Shown: positions 41,237 to 56,284 of the stretch, piece by piece | Position numbering within the stretch: position 1 is the first letter of the stretch | Layout: every line of letters begins with the position of its first letter | Source of the DNA: Octopus vulgaris | Lineage: Eukaryota | Assembly: GCA_951406725.2 (NCBI GenBank) | Contig: OX597834.1 | Coordinates: 1,054,001 to 1,118,000 of the forward strand | Direction: 5' to 3' | Length of the DNA stretch: 64,000 nucleotides | The notes under the pieces: generated by a model | Seen by the model: the letters and a program-made list of their open reading frames with translations, nothing else | Databases searched by the model: none | What the model was told of the DNA's origin: nothing | Translations under genes and position numbers: made by a program

Positions 41237-42167
41237 ATGTGTGTGTGTGTGTGTGCGTATACACCCACAAATACATACATATATACATGCATACCTACAC
41301 AAACACACATATACGTGTACGCACATGCATGCACACTTCTATACATGCACATATATTGATATGTGTCATATCGCATTCTATTATTTCGTGTTGCTGTATT
41401 GTGTGCTGATGCCCATCCTTACTCGTTTCCGGATGTTAGTTTTTGATGAAACATGAAATACTAGAGTTTACATTCAATAGATTTAGAATAACAAACTTGA
41501 CAGCCATATAACATAGCTCTAATATTAACAACAACAACAACAACAATAATAACAGCAGCAAGAAGAAGAAGAACAAGAAGAAGAAGAACAATAATAATAA
41601 TATTTGTTCAGGCGATGTTGAAATTATAACAGCAAGCCTCTTTGATATGACGAGATGTGTGCAATATTACAGTGGTAAATAATACGTCTGTGGCGGCAGC
41701 ATTTCTTCCAATAATCCACTCGTACAATAATATCATATTTATGAATGTGTCTCTCTTTGCAAACACTAAACAATCAATCAACGACAATTTGACAGATATG
41801 AGAGCTAAATAGAAAGCCAAACGGATGCATCAGCGCTGTTTCACATTGGTTTTCTTTGTCCAGTTGTCCAGTTCATCGGGGAATCAATACAAGTTCGTTA
41901 ATGAATGACTGACCACAAGTTTTTTTGCTGGTCTCACTTCGTTTACACTCGTCATTAGCTGACATGGTCTATTTATTAGCCATTTAGAAAAAACACTATC
42001 TCTCAGCACCATTGCTTCTCCTGTGTTTATGTTACACTTCGCTAAACATTAACTTATGGTTATACAGATTCCGGAACACTCACTTATACATTACTCTCTC
42101 TCTCTCTCTCTCTCTCTCTCCTTTTTTCCCTCTCTAGCTTATACACACACACACACACGCATAAACA

Positions 42168-42207
42168 CTTGTATGAACATCTTGTATGAACATCTTGTAT
42201 GAACATC
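42168..42207. repeat. 13-bp tandem repeat x3
   Basis: CTTGTATGAACAT x3. Confidence 0.9.
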
Positions 42208-42682
42208 TATACGTATAGATGTTTCTAAGCATACAGAGATATGTATTTATAAGTATATATATATTTATATATGTATAAACAAAAACGGGCTAAGAGATTT
42301 CAGATTGGCCACTGGGACTAATTTGGGCAGCACAAACACCATATATTAGAAACTCCTGATTTATTAAAAGAATCTTTGCTTCTATAATATGTGTCATGAT
42401 TATCACATGGAAATTCAGACAAGCTCCATATCTGAAGGGCACAGAATCGCAATAATAAGGTGTTCTCCAAACATGACATCCGCCTTTAATTTCTTTTTGA
42501 CACCACTACAGCATTTTTTAAACACTTTCCCTCTCGTGTTGCCTTCTTTTTTTGTTTATTGCCTGACATGAGATACACAAGCCCAAACTGGTCACAATGC
42601 GCTTCCTCGCATTGCCTTAGCTTACAAATGTTTCCACTGCGTTGTATGTATGCATGTATGTATATATCTATATCTATATCTG

Positions 42683-42765
<83 letters not shown>

Positions 42766-42781
42766 ATATATATATATATAA

Positions 42782-42997
42782 ATTATATAATTAGGGCTTA
42801 GTAAAATAAATTACTTTGCCACATACTGAATTTTCTAGAAATAGCAGCCAATAGCTGCTATTTCTAGAAAGTAATTTATTTTACTAAGACCTAATTATAT
42901 AATGTAATATTTTGAATACGCCTTAAATGGTCCTTTTACATACTGAACACTACTTGGTGAAATTGATTAATAACTAATTAAGTTTACCCTCAATTAT

Positions 42998-43000
<3 letters not shown>
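42782..43000 (+). mobile_element. Short fold-back element with one-sided tail in (TA)n
   Basis: Arms 42783-42848 and 42854-42903 (left arm has a 14-nt insert), tail to 43000, TA flanks; no hammerhead core visible. Confidence 0.7.
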
Positions 43001-43040
<40 letters not shown>

Positions 43041-43041
<1 letters not shown>

Positions 43042-43740
43042 CAATACAAAAATGGGACAAGAATGCAAGGCAACCAGATAGTTAGGGGATACAAAAAGGG
43101 GACAACGAAATATCCACACAGGCGTTACAAGGAAAACAAGGATGGGTCATTCGAAGTTTTCTATCCTCAGTAGAGTTCCAGATTATCTTTGCAATTTCGG
43201 CTGGTTATACTCGAGATTGCTACAATCTGGCCACCCCAAGGAAAAAATAAGCTAAGAGCATTAGATTCCTTGGAAGAAAGCAGCGAATGTGTATGAAAAC
43301 AAGGACGGAAAATGTTACAATGCAATTAACAGAACATAACAACAGCTGTCTTTCGACTAAGGACGAATTAAATTAAGCTGGCATGTGTAGAAGTAAAGCC
43401 TTACAACAGGAACATGCGATATAACAGGCACATGGAGGAATATAGATGCTGCACGGATGATAGTCGATCCAAGAAAGAAAGGTCAGGCCTGGCCGAGCAC
43501 CGGTCACGAGGGGAGAGAAGAGAGAGAGGCACAGGGCTAGAAGAATTAAGGAGGGGCGAGAAAAAATGAGACACAGTAAAGTGAGAGAGGAGAGAAAGTG
43601 AGCATGAAGTGAAGGCGAGGAAATGTGAGAGAGAGGGACGAAAGAACGAAGAGTGGAATGAAGGAAGAGTGTAAAATGACTGACAGAAGAAAGAAAAGAA
43701 TGAAAGAATACAAAGAATAATAGAGTCGTACAAAATTTAT
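43041..43740 (-). mobile_element. Unclassified interspersed element between (TA)n tracts
   Basis: About 700 bp, purine-rich on the plus strand, sharply bounded by TA runs; possibly a PLE 3' region. Confidence 0.4.
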
Positions 43741-43762
43741 ACATATATATATATACTCATAT

Positions 43763-43802
<40 letters not shown>

Positions 43803-43810
<8 letters not shown>

Positions 43811-45014
43811 ATATTTCGGAATGGTCATATTGCCAGTTTAGCCAATAAAAACACACGCACTATATATTTGGTGTTATTTTGCTTCAGTGATATTTATTTT
43901 TTACATTAATCTTAATCTTATTTCGGCCAAAGTTCTTTCGTCACACTCCTGTGACCGCATCAGTGGTCCTTTGTTTTCTTCTCACTTACTTGTGTCTCTC
44001 CTTACTAACCGTCAGCCATTTTGTATTTCTATTGTATGTCTTCATTTGCGCATGCTTATATCTCTATGTGCGTCTATGTTTATTTAGTGTGTGGGGGGGG
44101 ATGCCTGTAATATTTGTATCTTCTGGTTATATACATTCTTGTAATTTGTATTTTGTTTTTGTTGTTGTTGCTTTTGTTCTAATTTTATTCATGTGTTTAC
44201 ATCCACCCATTATTATCATTACATATGCTTGTATGTATGTATAACAACAATATTAGTAATAATAATAAAAAATCTAATCGAGAAAATAACAAACATAATA
44301 AATACACAGGTAATTAAAGAAATAGAAATGAATATCTATATATATGTATATGTGTATATATATGTATATGTATATGTGTATATATGTGTGTATATATGTA
44401 TATATATATATATATATATGTATATGTATATGTATGTATATATATATATATGTATATGTATATTCTTTTTTTTTTTTTTTTTTTTTTCTCGATTAGATTT
44501 TTTATTATTATTACTAATATTGTTGTTATACATACATACAAGCATATGTAATGATAATAATGGGTGGATGTAAACACATGAATAAAATTAGAACAAAAGC
44601 AACAACAACAAAAACAAAATACAAATTACAAGAATGTATATAACCAGAAGATACAAATATTACAGGCATCCCCCCCACACACTAAATAAACATAGACGCA
44701 CATAGAGATATAAGCATGCGCAAATGAAGACATACAATAGAAATACAAAATGGCTGACGGTTAGTAAGGAGAGACACAAGTAAGTGAGAAGAAAACAAAG
44801 GACCACTGATGCGGTCACAGGAGTGTGACGAAAGAACTTTGGCCGAAATAAGATTAAGATTAATGTAAAAAATAAATATCACTGAAGCAAAATAACACCA
44901 AATATATAGTGCGTGTGTTTTTATTGGCTAAACTGGCAATATGACCATTCCGAAATATAACAATATCTGTTTCAACACACGACTTCACATAAAAAATCTT
45001 GCACAACAAATATT

Positions 45015-45018
<4 letters not shown>
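43803..45018 (+). mobile_element. Long fold-back element (arms about 480 bp) with hammerhead-like motif
   Basis: Arms 43803-44286 and 44484-44966 look identical (ORFs 43887+ and 44682- give the same peptide); microsatellite spacer; unique tail 44967-45018; TA flanks. Confidence 0.85.
44800..44844 (+). ncRNA. Hammerhead-like motif, A9C variant (mirror at 43925-43969 on minus)
   Basis: GGACCA CTGATGCG GTCAC aggagt GTGAC GAAA GAAC TT TGGCC. Confidence 0.55.
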
Positions 45019-45086
<68 letters not shown>

Positions 45087-45122
45087 TATGTATACATGTT
45101 GCGTGTATATATATATACATAT

Positions 45123-45240
45123 TGGCCTGCTCGCTTAGGCAGCGGGGTGACGTGATTTGAAGGCTAAAACAATGCGAGGCGCATTGTGACCAGCGATGTG
45201 TAGCAACATCTAATAGACTGGTCGGTCCCGTGATCACGCG
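45123..45240 (+). mobile_element. Short RTE-like 3'-end repeat
   Basis: Reverse-complement homologue of 36881-36999. Confidence 0.65.
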
Positions 45241-45278
45241 ATATATATATATGTATATACATGTTTCGTGTGTGTGTG

Positions 45279-45321
<43 letters not shown>

Positions 45322-47687
45322 ATACACATACATGCGTATGCATAGATATCACCATTTGCAGCAGCAGCAGCATTTCTCGCCGTCTCTGCCTGCGACAGAT
45401 TGTGCATTGTTCTGAGATAGTTTATCCCCCATAATAATCGATCTTTGGGAAGAGAGTTCAGAAAAATGTTGCCGCTGTCCATGCTGTAACGTTCCAATTC
45501 CATTTCTAAGGCTGCCGAGCTCTGTTGTTTTTTCTGTTGACGCCTTCCAAACAGATCTTCTTCGTTCATCCATTCCAGCTTGCAACTTGTTTACTATTTA
45601 AGGACGTCATGAACGTCTGTTTCGCGGTAGATCTCTTCCAACACGTAGCCATATCACATCACGACCAAACTTGATGTTGCTGCAGTATGGCCATATTCAT
45701 TTCACTCAATCAATAAAAGAAATCAGAAATCATACCTGAGTTATAATTGCTTCATATTGAGCTAATTAATATATTCATTGATTTTTATATGTCCAATCCG
45801 TTAATATACATCCGTAGAATCACATATATCGATCTGCGAGAGACGATGATTTTTTTTGTTTGAGTTTTTGAGTTTTACTTCGTTAAACTTTTAGCCTGAA
45901 TAAATTGTGTTAATTGCTAAGAATCTATCGTTGTTGGAATTTTATTTGGGTTCTGTATAGTTTAAAAAATTTTTTTTATAACGAATCAGTGAAATTCGTT
46001 GATTGGAACCAGTGCCACAAAATAGAGCAGGAAGAAGATCGTGGGAAGACAGACAGACAGACAGAAAGAATAAGTAGGGGTTAGAAGAAGAGAAGACAAA
46101 GAAGAACACGAATAAGATGGAGGAGAAGAAGTGTAGGAGGAAGACAAAGAAGAAATGACCAGAGAAGAAGCTATATAAAAGCAAAAACGATGACGATGAT
46201 GACGACTACGAGTAGAGGTAGTGAGAAAACAAGATGATTCACTAATTAGATAGAGAGAGTTTTGAAAGAGAGAGAGAGATTAGACGAAACGGTTGTAGGT
46301 CTTCTTGATGTTTGCTTTTTGTGTCTTTCTTTATTGGAGGCGGTTTAGTGTTTATTAAAAAGCTAAGCAACAACAACAACAACAATGGGTTAGTGGAATC
46401 AGGAATAGGAGAATGTTTAATGATGTGTATTCGACAGATTCTACCCCACCCCACCCACACACTCACAAATACGGACAGAAGTGATAGGAAAGAAAGCGTA
46501 GAAGTGACACAATGTCAGATTGATATCTGACAAGCAAGTTTATCTTACGTCCGACAAATTTGAGAAGAGATAAATATGAATTTCTCTTCTCTTAGTAAAT
46601 TATACAAATATTTCCGATTTCCAAGCAAAAATATGTATAAACTCTACCCTATGTACAATATTGACTACTTATTTCTCTCGTATGTAAAAACAATGTATAT
46701 ATATATATATATAGTCAGGTAAAAAAATAATAACTCGTAGAATAATGTGGAAATTCGTCCACAGTTCTTGGCTACCTGATATCATCATAGAGTAGAAATG
46801 CATACGCTATTGGATTTACTTCAAGAATTGCATAGTGTCCGTGGAACTTAAATAAAACGATCAGAGATAGAAACTGGAATTCATGAGTTTCTTCATTCAA
46901 AATCTTTTAAAGCAAGATCCTTGCTATATCTTCTCGGCATTTCACTTTGCCTTTTAATAATGTAGAGCTGGGTAGGTGTTGCCCTTTAGCAGCTCTCAGA
47001 TAAAACTGAGAAACAAAAAAACACCTACGGTCAAAAGTAAAATACACTGATAAAATTTCATAGACAAATAAAAAAAGTACATAAGATAAAACATACATGA
47101 AATCAATATAAAGATATAATTAATAGAAATCCAAAAAAATGCATTAAAGGCGTTCATTTGATTATAAACTCCCATCAGATAGAGGAAGAAAAATTTCATA
47201 GACTAGGAAATAAAGAAAGGGCTAGATAATAGTTGGGGGTCAAAATGCGACTGGTAACTGAGTACATGTCAGTTAGGCCTAATTTCCTTTCTTCTGAGTC
47301 TACCTGGCGTCTACCTTATCTTACGACAGATGTGTGCCTCCAATTTAGAGTTAATGTATTACCATCAGTTTAATACCTCGTCTGAGAGCTGCTAGAATGC
47401 AACTCCTACCCAGCTATACATTATTAAAAGGCGAAGTGAAATGGAAAAAATATATAGCGAGGATCTTGCTTTAAAATTCCCCGAGGAAGTGAATTCAACA
47501 CCTGTGATGCGAGACAATTGATTGCACAGCATCTCACACTTGAGCTACAGGTGCGAGAATGAATTAAAACAATGGTAGTGGATTTGGATAATCCCGTGAA
47601 TTCCATTTTAGGTCTCTGATATATCTACGAACACATGCATACATACATGCATACAGGCAGGTAAGCAGGCATACATATACATGCATG

Positions 47688-47728
<41 letters not shown>

Positions 47729-50015
47729 ACACACACACACACATATGTACACACACGTACGTGGATTTACGTAGCACGAATGAGAGTGAGAATGCTAACT
47801 CTATCTTGTAGTGGATATGGTTTTCATTAAAATTGAAACTGAAATCTTGTCTCGTAACTGGAAACTCTTGTCCAGTGTTTCCACCGGATGATACCAGGGG
47901 CGTAAAAGGGAAGTCTGGTGACAGACGTTCAGTTTCACTTTCCGTACACACTATATATACGTATATATGCAAGTGAGTATGTATTAATGCCCTTTACCGG
48001 GCATTGCGTTCTACCCCTGAGCAAAACACTTCACTTCAGGTTGCTGCAGTCCACTCAGGTGAAAATAAGTGTTAACGTAATTTGGGGACAGTTCTGTATC
48101 TCCCCAACAGCGAATTCCCCGTTATTTTGCTGCACCAAGGTTTAAAAAGCAGGGAAGGTGCCCCTGTCTTCTAATAGGCAGCTAAATTAATAAGAGAAAG
48201 AATGGTACAAACTACCAAGTTATACTCGCTCGACAGTGACGGCCGACCTTAGCCTAATCCTCTAAGATGCTGTCTAGACAGTTAGTCTAGACTTTACTTG
48301 CGAGGTTTCATGAGACTAAGATATACCAGAGTTGTCACTGTTCATGTCAAAGACCACATTTAGTCCTCACTGTATGTAATCCCCATCGAATTCTTAATTA
48401 TTTTGGTTATCGGAATTTAGTCCCTTGTATTTCTTGACCAGAATTAAATATCACATCTGATGATATTCTCTTTGTATGACGGGAGTACATTTCTTTAACT
48501 AAACTTGTTTATTGTTCCTTACAGCTTGTATGTTAGTTCTGACTTAACTGCGTACGTTAAATAATTGTTTCATATAACAAAGTTGTTTTAGATAGCAGAC
48601 GACCCCCAGTGAGTCAATACTTGACTGACAGACTGAATGACATCAAACATTGTACATATTTTGATATTTCTCGTTGGTTGCCACATGCTAGTAGCAACAA
48701 TAGACACTGACGGTCGATGAAAAATACTCGTGATTTAGCGAAGACCATTTTAACAAACAAAGAAAATAAAAAGTTTCCTCTATAAATTGCTTTGGAAATC
48801 GTGGTAAACATTAAATTATATCGCTGTTGCCGTTGTATTTAAAGCAACACTGCAACGAAGTGAACACAGACGACGATATAGCTATATAGAATCTCGCACA
48901 AATTTGCTTTTGAGCCGCGTGGTTTTAGTTTCGATCTTCTGGTGCGACAATTTGCGCAGCTACCGTCTACCGTAGCTTTGGGTCAACGAAGGTGTTGGCA
49001 ATGAAATTAGATGAACGGAAATCCGTCGGAAGAAATGTTCCTTTTGGACGTTAGATTTAATCTATGGTTTAACGCAACCACCTGGTCCTTAGCTATCTTT
49101 GACCGATTCCAATTTGTGGGTTGCATGCATTCGGACCAGGTGCCTGGCTTGAAGATAACTTCCTCCTGCCATCTTTCCGCCAGTCACAAGAGCTTTGTCA
49201 AATGGTCATGACATCCCCTTACCAGCGAGAGAGGTGGGAGTAGATAAAGGGAGAGAGAGATTGAAAGAGAGAGAACGAAAGAAAGCAAAACTCTTGCAAG
49301 TCGTAGAAAGGATGTTATTAGCACTTTAAGACTGAAACGGTAGATTAACAACAGACTTGGGTTGTTTAAAGTAATGAAGTCCTTTCTTCTTTGTCGTCAG
49401 TTCATAAACCATCTTTGAAAATATGATGAATAAACATGACTCATAGCTTACAAGATGGCCGCCAACACAGCTCTGATTCCGTCTTGTATACAGTTCTATA
49501 AACAAAGAGAAAAAGAAAGGATTCATCAGTTTCCTTCAAATAGCTACTTGTTATGCTTCGATATACAATAGCGTTCATTCTTTTACATTCCTTTACGGTC
49601 TATCGAGACCTAGCTTTTGTTTTTATATATTGTTTTACTCTTCTAGTTTCTCTGATCTTTGCTGTTATTTCACGGCAAACCCTCTCAAGTAACTCTACAG
49701 CTGCTGCTGCAACACCGCCTCCTCTTCCTTCCCCTCGCCTCCTCCCCGGTATGATTGTAAAGTTTACTCCATTAACACCTTCACTTAACATTGCTTCTCA
49801 TCATCGTCCATAATGTTTAGAGCTACAACAACGAAACACATCGCCTCCATTTTTCTGTGGGTTTTCTTTCTTTACTTTCATGTTTTTTTTTGCTTTTCTT
49901 GAAATATATTTTATGCAATATATCGCTCGACGAGAATTCACGCAAACGCACACACATGTACGTATATAGACACAGAAACACACATACCCACACACATATA
50001 CACACACACATACAT

Positions 50016-50063
<48 letters not shown>

Positions 50064-50170
50064 GTGTGTGCTCACATATGCATATGTATATACGTATACA
50101 TATATCCATACGTATGTATATATGCATATGCATATATATATATCCTCACACGTATATAATATACTTATGG

Positions 50171-50295
<125 letters not shown>

Positions 50296-50490
50296 CACGC
50301 ATATATGGATCTATATCTATCTACCTACCAATCTACACACACACATATATATTGATTTTACCAGTAAAATTATCAGATTGTTTTATGACCTGCTGTGAGA
50401 ATAAAACCTCTTGATCTCTACCCCTCATATAACTAAAATATTATCATTACTAGTTATTATTATTATTATCATTATTATTATTATTATTAC

Positions 50491-50544
<54 letters not shown>

Positions 50545-50989
50545 CATCATCATTCGTAGTATCATCATCATCATCATCATCATCAGGTCTCCATGCTACT
50601 GTTTTTGTTTATTAGTTTCCATTTTTCATGAGTATTTTGGCTTTCATTTTTTGTTTATATTTTATATCGTTCCCGTTCCCACTGCAACTCTGTATTACTC
50701 AGATAGTGTAGTATCACCTCCCTCATACAATCATTATCACGTGACATATCACTATGACGTCATGACACGGCGTCCATTTTGGTGGAGATTTTTTTTGTAG
50801 TTTCTGTTCATTTGGATTATTGTTTGTTTTCGTAGTGTTAACAATAATACTGCAGGAAACATAACAACAGCAATAACATAAACAACCTCAACCCCGGCAT
50901 AAAAATATAATACTACACATCAAAAACAACAACAACTTTCTCCCACCCTGTTGCTACCCTGTCAGCACGGTGTTGGCAACTCCTTAATT

Positions 50990-51570
50990 CATCTCCTGGA
51001 TCGGTCTGCTTACGGAGAAGAAGCGACAAGCAAATTTCTTATCTGCACGTTTTCTTATTTTCATTCAAATCGTGTGGTACCCATTTGTCGAGCCTTTTTT
51101 TTATTTTCCGATCGCATGCAAATGGTTGCAAGCAGTTTTCTGGCTAACTTGAAGTTCTTTTGCCAGTTCTCGAGTGGTTTTACGAGGATCTTTCTCAATG
51201 ACGGTCTTTATGGACCGTCATCGACAACAGACGGGCGTTCACTACGCTCAAGATCTTCAAGGCTCAGGTCTCCTCTTCGATATCGTTTAATCCATTTTCG
51301 AGCTGACCTCTCACTGGCCATTTCGTCATCAAACGTTTCGTTGATACCGCGAGCAGTTTCAGCTGCTTTGCGAACTTTTTTGAAGTCGAATAGGAAAACT
51401 GTTCGAATATTGCGCTTTGACAGTTCCATATCAGACGATTGTAACAACGGTGAAAAACATATCAATGTTAATTTATTGATGCTTTTGGGCAAGTCTGTGT
51501 CTGTATTATCAGACAATTTCAAAAATATGTTTAAAACAAGTTCAAAACTCTGCAAAAAACCGGTACAGAT
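50990..51570 (-). mobile_element. Mariner transposase 5' fragment
   Basis: MELSKRNIRTVFLFDFKKVRKAAETARGINETFDDEMASERSARKWIKRYRRGDLSLEDLERSERPSVVDD, with KKARQMGTT (KKLDKWVPH region, frameshifted) downstream. Confidence 0.85.
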
Positions 51571-51623
51571 CCTTCATGGTTCAAAACGTTGCTTACATTT
51601 TACTCAGTCTAGTATATATGTAA

Positions 51624-51655
<32 letters not shown>

Positions 51656-52364
51656 GTTTGTGTGAATCTCTAAAGCTATATTTCTATCTCAATCAACAAC
51701 ATGGAAGGCGCCAGGCCTGGAGTGACCCCAACAATACGAAACGAGGCTACGGAAGTAGATATTTGCCCAAGGTGACTCAGAGTGGGATCGAAGTGAATAT
51801 CAAGCTTATGCACAAAACGTATTAACCACTAATCCATGATTAACATAATATCTGTTTGAATGGGAAAGTTTCTCCACTTCGCCACTTGTGACCGATAAAC
51901 ATAAATCGTTACCTCCTCCCTTATTTGTGAGCTGGGATCAGACGCTACCTGACCCCTAAACATATTAACCTCCTCAGATATCAGTTAATTTAAAGTTATT
52001 AAGGGTGGGGTGAAGAGTGGAGGGTTGGAGATCATCAAAGAGAATATGTTTTTGCAAAGAAATCTAATCACCAACATTGACTCTTAATGAACTGCAATTA
52101 AAATAATCGATTCCAGATCTGCTAATCACTTATCAGTTTTATAAAGCTTCTAATTCGTAGGAATTAGTGCAATATTAATTAATCCGTTCTATTATCTGTA
52201 ATTCTAATGAATTCTGGATTCTTCAAAGGTCATGGCAGATTGGACATGATAACCGTGGTACATACACACGCACGCACACACACACACACACATACACACG
52301 CACACACACACACACTCGTACATTCGAAATCACACTGGACAAATAAATTCATTGCACACAAACG

Positions 52365-52428
<64 letters not shown>

Positions 52429-52594
52429 AACACATACATACATGCATACATACATACAAAAATACCCTGCTGTTGATGTTGAAATTCCAATGAAGGAGCC
52501 TTGGATATAGTTTATAGTTTAGAAACCGGCTCTTTCTCTATTGGCGAGAAACCTTGAAATAAAACCGAACAATGGCGTACATACATACATATCT

Positions 52595-53593
52595 GAAAAA
52601 TTGTCAAGAGATTTTAAGAGCCTGGTTCCACCGCGGATCGACTTGAACGTGGCCGAAAAACCAACGTGCGGATCCCTCAGCTTATCAAACGTACCAAAGA
52701 CAAGTTACGGGAAAATCCTCGTCGTTCCATGGGAACACAGCAAAAATAAACCAAACAAAGAAGTATCGAGTACTGAGGCAGGATCTCAGGATCCACTCCT
52801 TCCAGATGAGCCGCCGTCATGACCTCACGCAAGTTTATAAGACCATGAGACTGGAGAGAAGTCGTCTTGTCCTACGTCAGAAGGCACGCTTCCCAACCTG
52901 GTGTTCACTGATGAAAAGAAATCTGTTATCGAGCAGACAGTAAACCATCAGAATGACCGACGTCGGAGTTTATCTGGCTCCGTTGAGGGTGGACTCCTAA
53001 ATCGACGTCAAAACCACAGTTACTTACGATTTGGGAGGTTGTGAAAGCCACTGGAATACCTCCCCTTGTTTCTGTGTCCCCGAGCGTTAAAATTAACACC
53101 CAGCAATACATTAGCGACATTCTGGAACCTGAATTGCTTCCATGAGTAAATGAGCACTTTTAAGTCGCACCTTGGAGCCTGAAGTAGGGCTCGGCACCAT
53201 CATATAACTCCAAACAAATACAATATTGGATTCAGGAAAACATTCCGTTAAGGTCAAGATCCCAGATCTCCACTCGTTCGAGTTTTCTCTTTGGTCCATT
53301 TTGGAGACGAAGGTCTCGAGCACTCCTCGTGCTTAGTTCGACGCTCTGAAGGTAAAACTGCGCTACGGATGGGCTTCGATTCTCCAAGAACAGGTGGGTG
53401 CCGCGTGTGAAGCATTCGTACTTAGACTTAAGGTTGTGATTAGAAACAGAGGTGTTAATCTCGAATAAATGTCGTAGTGTCATAACCGTGTTTCCTTTAC
53501 CATTGAATTGCATCGCTCGGAACCAAAATATAACAATATTTTGCGTTGGCAAAATTGAAAAAGGTTTGTTGCCTTAATTTTGGTACAGCCTGT
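52595..53593 (+). mobile_element. Tc1/mariner-superfamily (maT/DD37D-like) remnant with 3' TIR
   Basis: LVFTDEKKSVIEQTVNHQNDRR, PLVSVSPSVKINTQQYISDILEPELLP, SRSPDL.....SLWSILE; ends TTGCCTTAATTTTGGTACAGCCTG-TA. Confidence 0.8.
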
Positions 53594-54077
53594 ATATATA
53601 TATACAGACACAGACACGCATATAATAAAATATATGCATACATACATACATATATGTACGTACCTACATCTACATGTATATATACATGCATATATAAATA
53701 TATATATATACACACGCATACATACATACATACATACATACATACACACATACACACATACACACATACATACATACATACACACGCATACATACATACA
53801 TACATACACACATACATACATACACACATACATACATATATACACACATACTTACACACATATATATATTTATATTTATCATCAATACATTCACATATCT
53901 AAATAACTATATATATATATATATGTATACATATACGAATGTATACATATACGTGTATATATATATATATATATATACATATACGTGTGTGTGTGTATAT
54001 ATATACATACCTATATATATATACATACATATATATATACATACATATATATATATATACATTCATATATACATACA

Positions 54078-54133
<56 letters not shown>

Positions 54134-54618
54134 CATACATACGTACATACATATACACACACGCCCACGGAGGCACACATGCATACATACCAAGTTTCTG
54201 ATTGAGCGTTGTTGTTTATAGATAAATATTATTGAAATTCATTTGAAGTAAATTTGTATATATTCCTATGTATTCACTTCTTTGATACTCGTCTTATGCT
54301 ACACACGCAGATACACACACACATACATACACACACATACATACATACATACATACATACATACATACATACATACATACATACGCATATATATTTAAAT
54401 ATATATATGTATTTGTATGTGTGTATATATACGTACGCAAGCACACACCCACACACGGTTTACCTTCGATTAGTAAAAGGTTATTATAATAAGATTATGT
54501 ATTGCAGAGAGAAACGTCTGTTAGTAATACTAAATTAATGAAAGAGATTAAACAGTAAATATTTATCGTCTTTGCATCAATCTGCACGCACATTTAGGCA
54601 GCTATATTCTCTCACATT

Positions 54619-54664
<46 letters not shown>

Positions 54665-54723
54665 CGTATATATACGTATATATATATATTGCCATACTCT
54701 CTCCTCTCTATCATCTCTCTCTC

Positions 54724-54765
<42 letters not shown>

Positions 54766-55614
54766 CATACATATATGTTCATATATACAAACATGCACAC
54801 ACACACACATACACACACATACACACACATAAATATATATGACTTTAAAGTTTGTAATAATGTTTCCTTTTTCTTTATACAACCCACTATTTGTCGCCCG
54901 CTCGTCCTTTGATGTTTCTTTCTCTCTTTGATGATTGATTAACACCCGACACGTTAAGAATCTTGTCTGTATATGCATACACACAAACAAACACAGACAG
55001 GCAGGCAGACTCCCCCCCCCCACATATTAACTCTTGCATATAGATGGTAGCATTTAACGTATGCAGCAACGTGTGGTTGGAAAACGATAGAAACTACTAT
55101 CCGTGCCTTTAATAATAGGGCACAAATGTATTTGCCAAAGATGCGGGGAGCTGGACCTATTGTAATACCTTCATGTGACCGGTATTACAATACCGATGAC
55201 TTTTTGCACATCTCACCTGCACTTTATAATTATTATATAACTCTTGGTTTCCTGAAGCAGTTGTCGAGTTTGAAATTACATATCTTAATCTATACATTTA
55301 TTCATATGACGCCTAACTCCATATCAGTTTCCAGTTCTCGTATAGCTATTCCTGACGGAGCAGTCTTTTCGGTGGAAGTAGAATTCGGTGTTTAAGTTTA
55401 AGTCATTCTGAGCACTACTATGTGTTTTCTATACTCAGCATACCCTACTCTCACCTATTGTCTTTATATATACATATGCGTATGTTTCTTTTGTGCACGT
55501 GCGTGTTCTGTTCTGTTTTTAATTATTCAAATTCTTCCTCTCCAGAAGGAACTGGTTTCTCACACAGATACAAAGCTCCATCGCTCGAATGTACATAACA
55601 AAAACAATATCACA

Positions 55615-56210
55615 TTTGAAACTTGAAAAAAGTCTTTCATATTTTTATTGTTCCGCTTACAGATTGTATTGATTTCTTTTTCTGAAAACCCTGGATTTTG
55701 CCAAACTGTCAGGCATTTACTCACAAAGCCAATTATTATCGTTTTAAATGCGAATTTTGCAATCGGAATAGAGACGCTGGAGATTTCGAAGCAGTTGTCC
55801 ATAGTTGTCCTCTTTTTCTTTAATTTTCAAAGAGACATTCCCATCAGCAGAGCAGCCGACCTCTATGACGGTACACGCCTTCCCTAGTCTGTCCCGAACA
55901 AAAATATCCGGTCTGTAATCATTACACTTGACAAATGTTTTGATGGGACTGTTCCATCAGTATTTCTGGTCCTGGTATTTGTGTACGTATTCAGTAACAG
56001 CGGAATTCTCTGTTTCTACAGTCTTTTGTGAATGGCTGTATATTGTTTTTGCGTCAACTTCGTGTCGCATAAGGAGTTAGTACCTCGATGACATTTTTGG
56101 GTAGCTACTAATCACATGTGTGATGTCTTCCACAGAAACATGACATAATCTCATTCCAGCTCCAAGTGCTTCTCATTCTTGTTTGCTTATGAGGTATTTC
56201 ATAGCAATTG
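55615..56210 (-). mobile_element. R4/Dong-like non-LTR retrotransposon 3' end (CCHC plus RLE)
   Basis: RLCHVSVEDITHVISSYPKMSSRY*LLMRH...YRPDIFVRDRLGKACTVIEVGCSADGNVSLKIKKKEDNYGQLLRNLQRLY. Confidence 0.8.
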
Positions 56211-56284
56211 CAAATGCATAGCCTTCGTAGCGGTCACGTGCCAAAAGGACCTGCACTAGATGTCGATATTATTGTTGTCTTCAA

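Noticed and set aside
45345-45700. Moderately GC-rich segment with short ORFs
   Set aside because: Faint resemblance to an RTE C-terminus (HDVLK...W) but too decayed to call; no support for a host gene.
47770-47945. Possible host exon (minus, TESETERLSPDFPF...)
   Set aside because: No recognisable domain or clear splice sites; cannot be supported without RNA-seq.
52487-52535. CCAATGAAGGAGCC...GAAACCGGCTC
   Set aside because: Has GAAA plus a palindrome, but the catalytic G5 is absent.
52908-52921. CTGATGAAAAGAAA
   Set aside because: Codons of the transposase FTDEKK motif; no stems.
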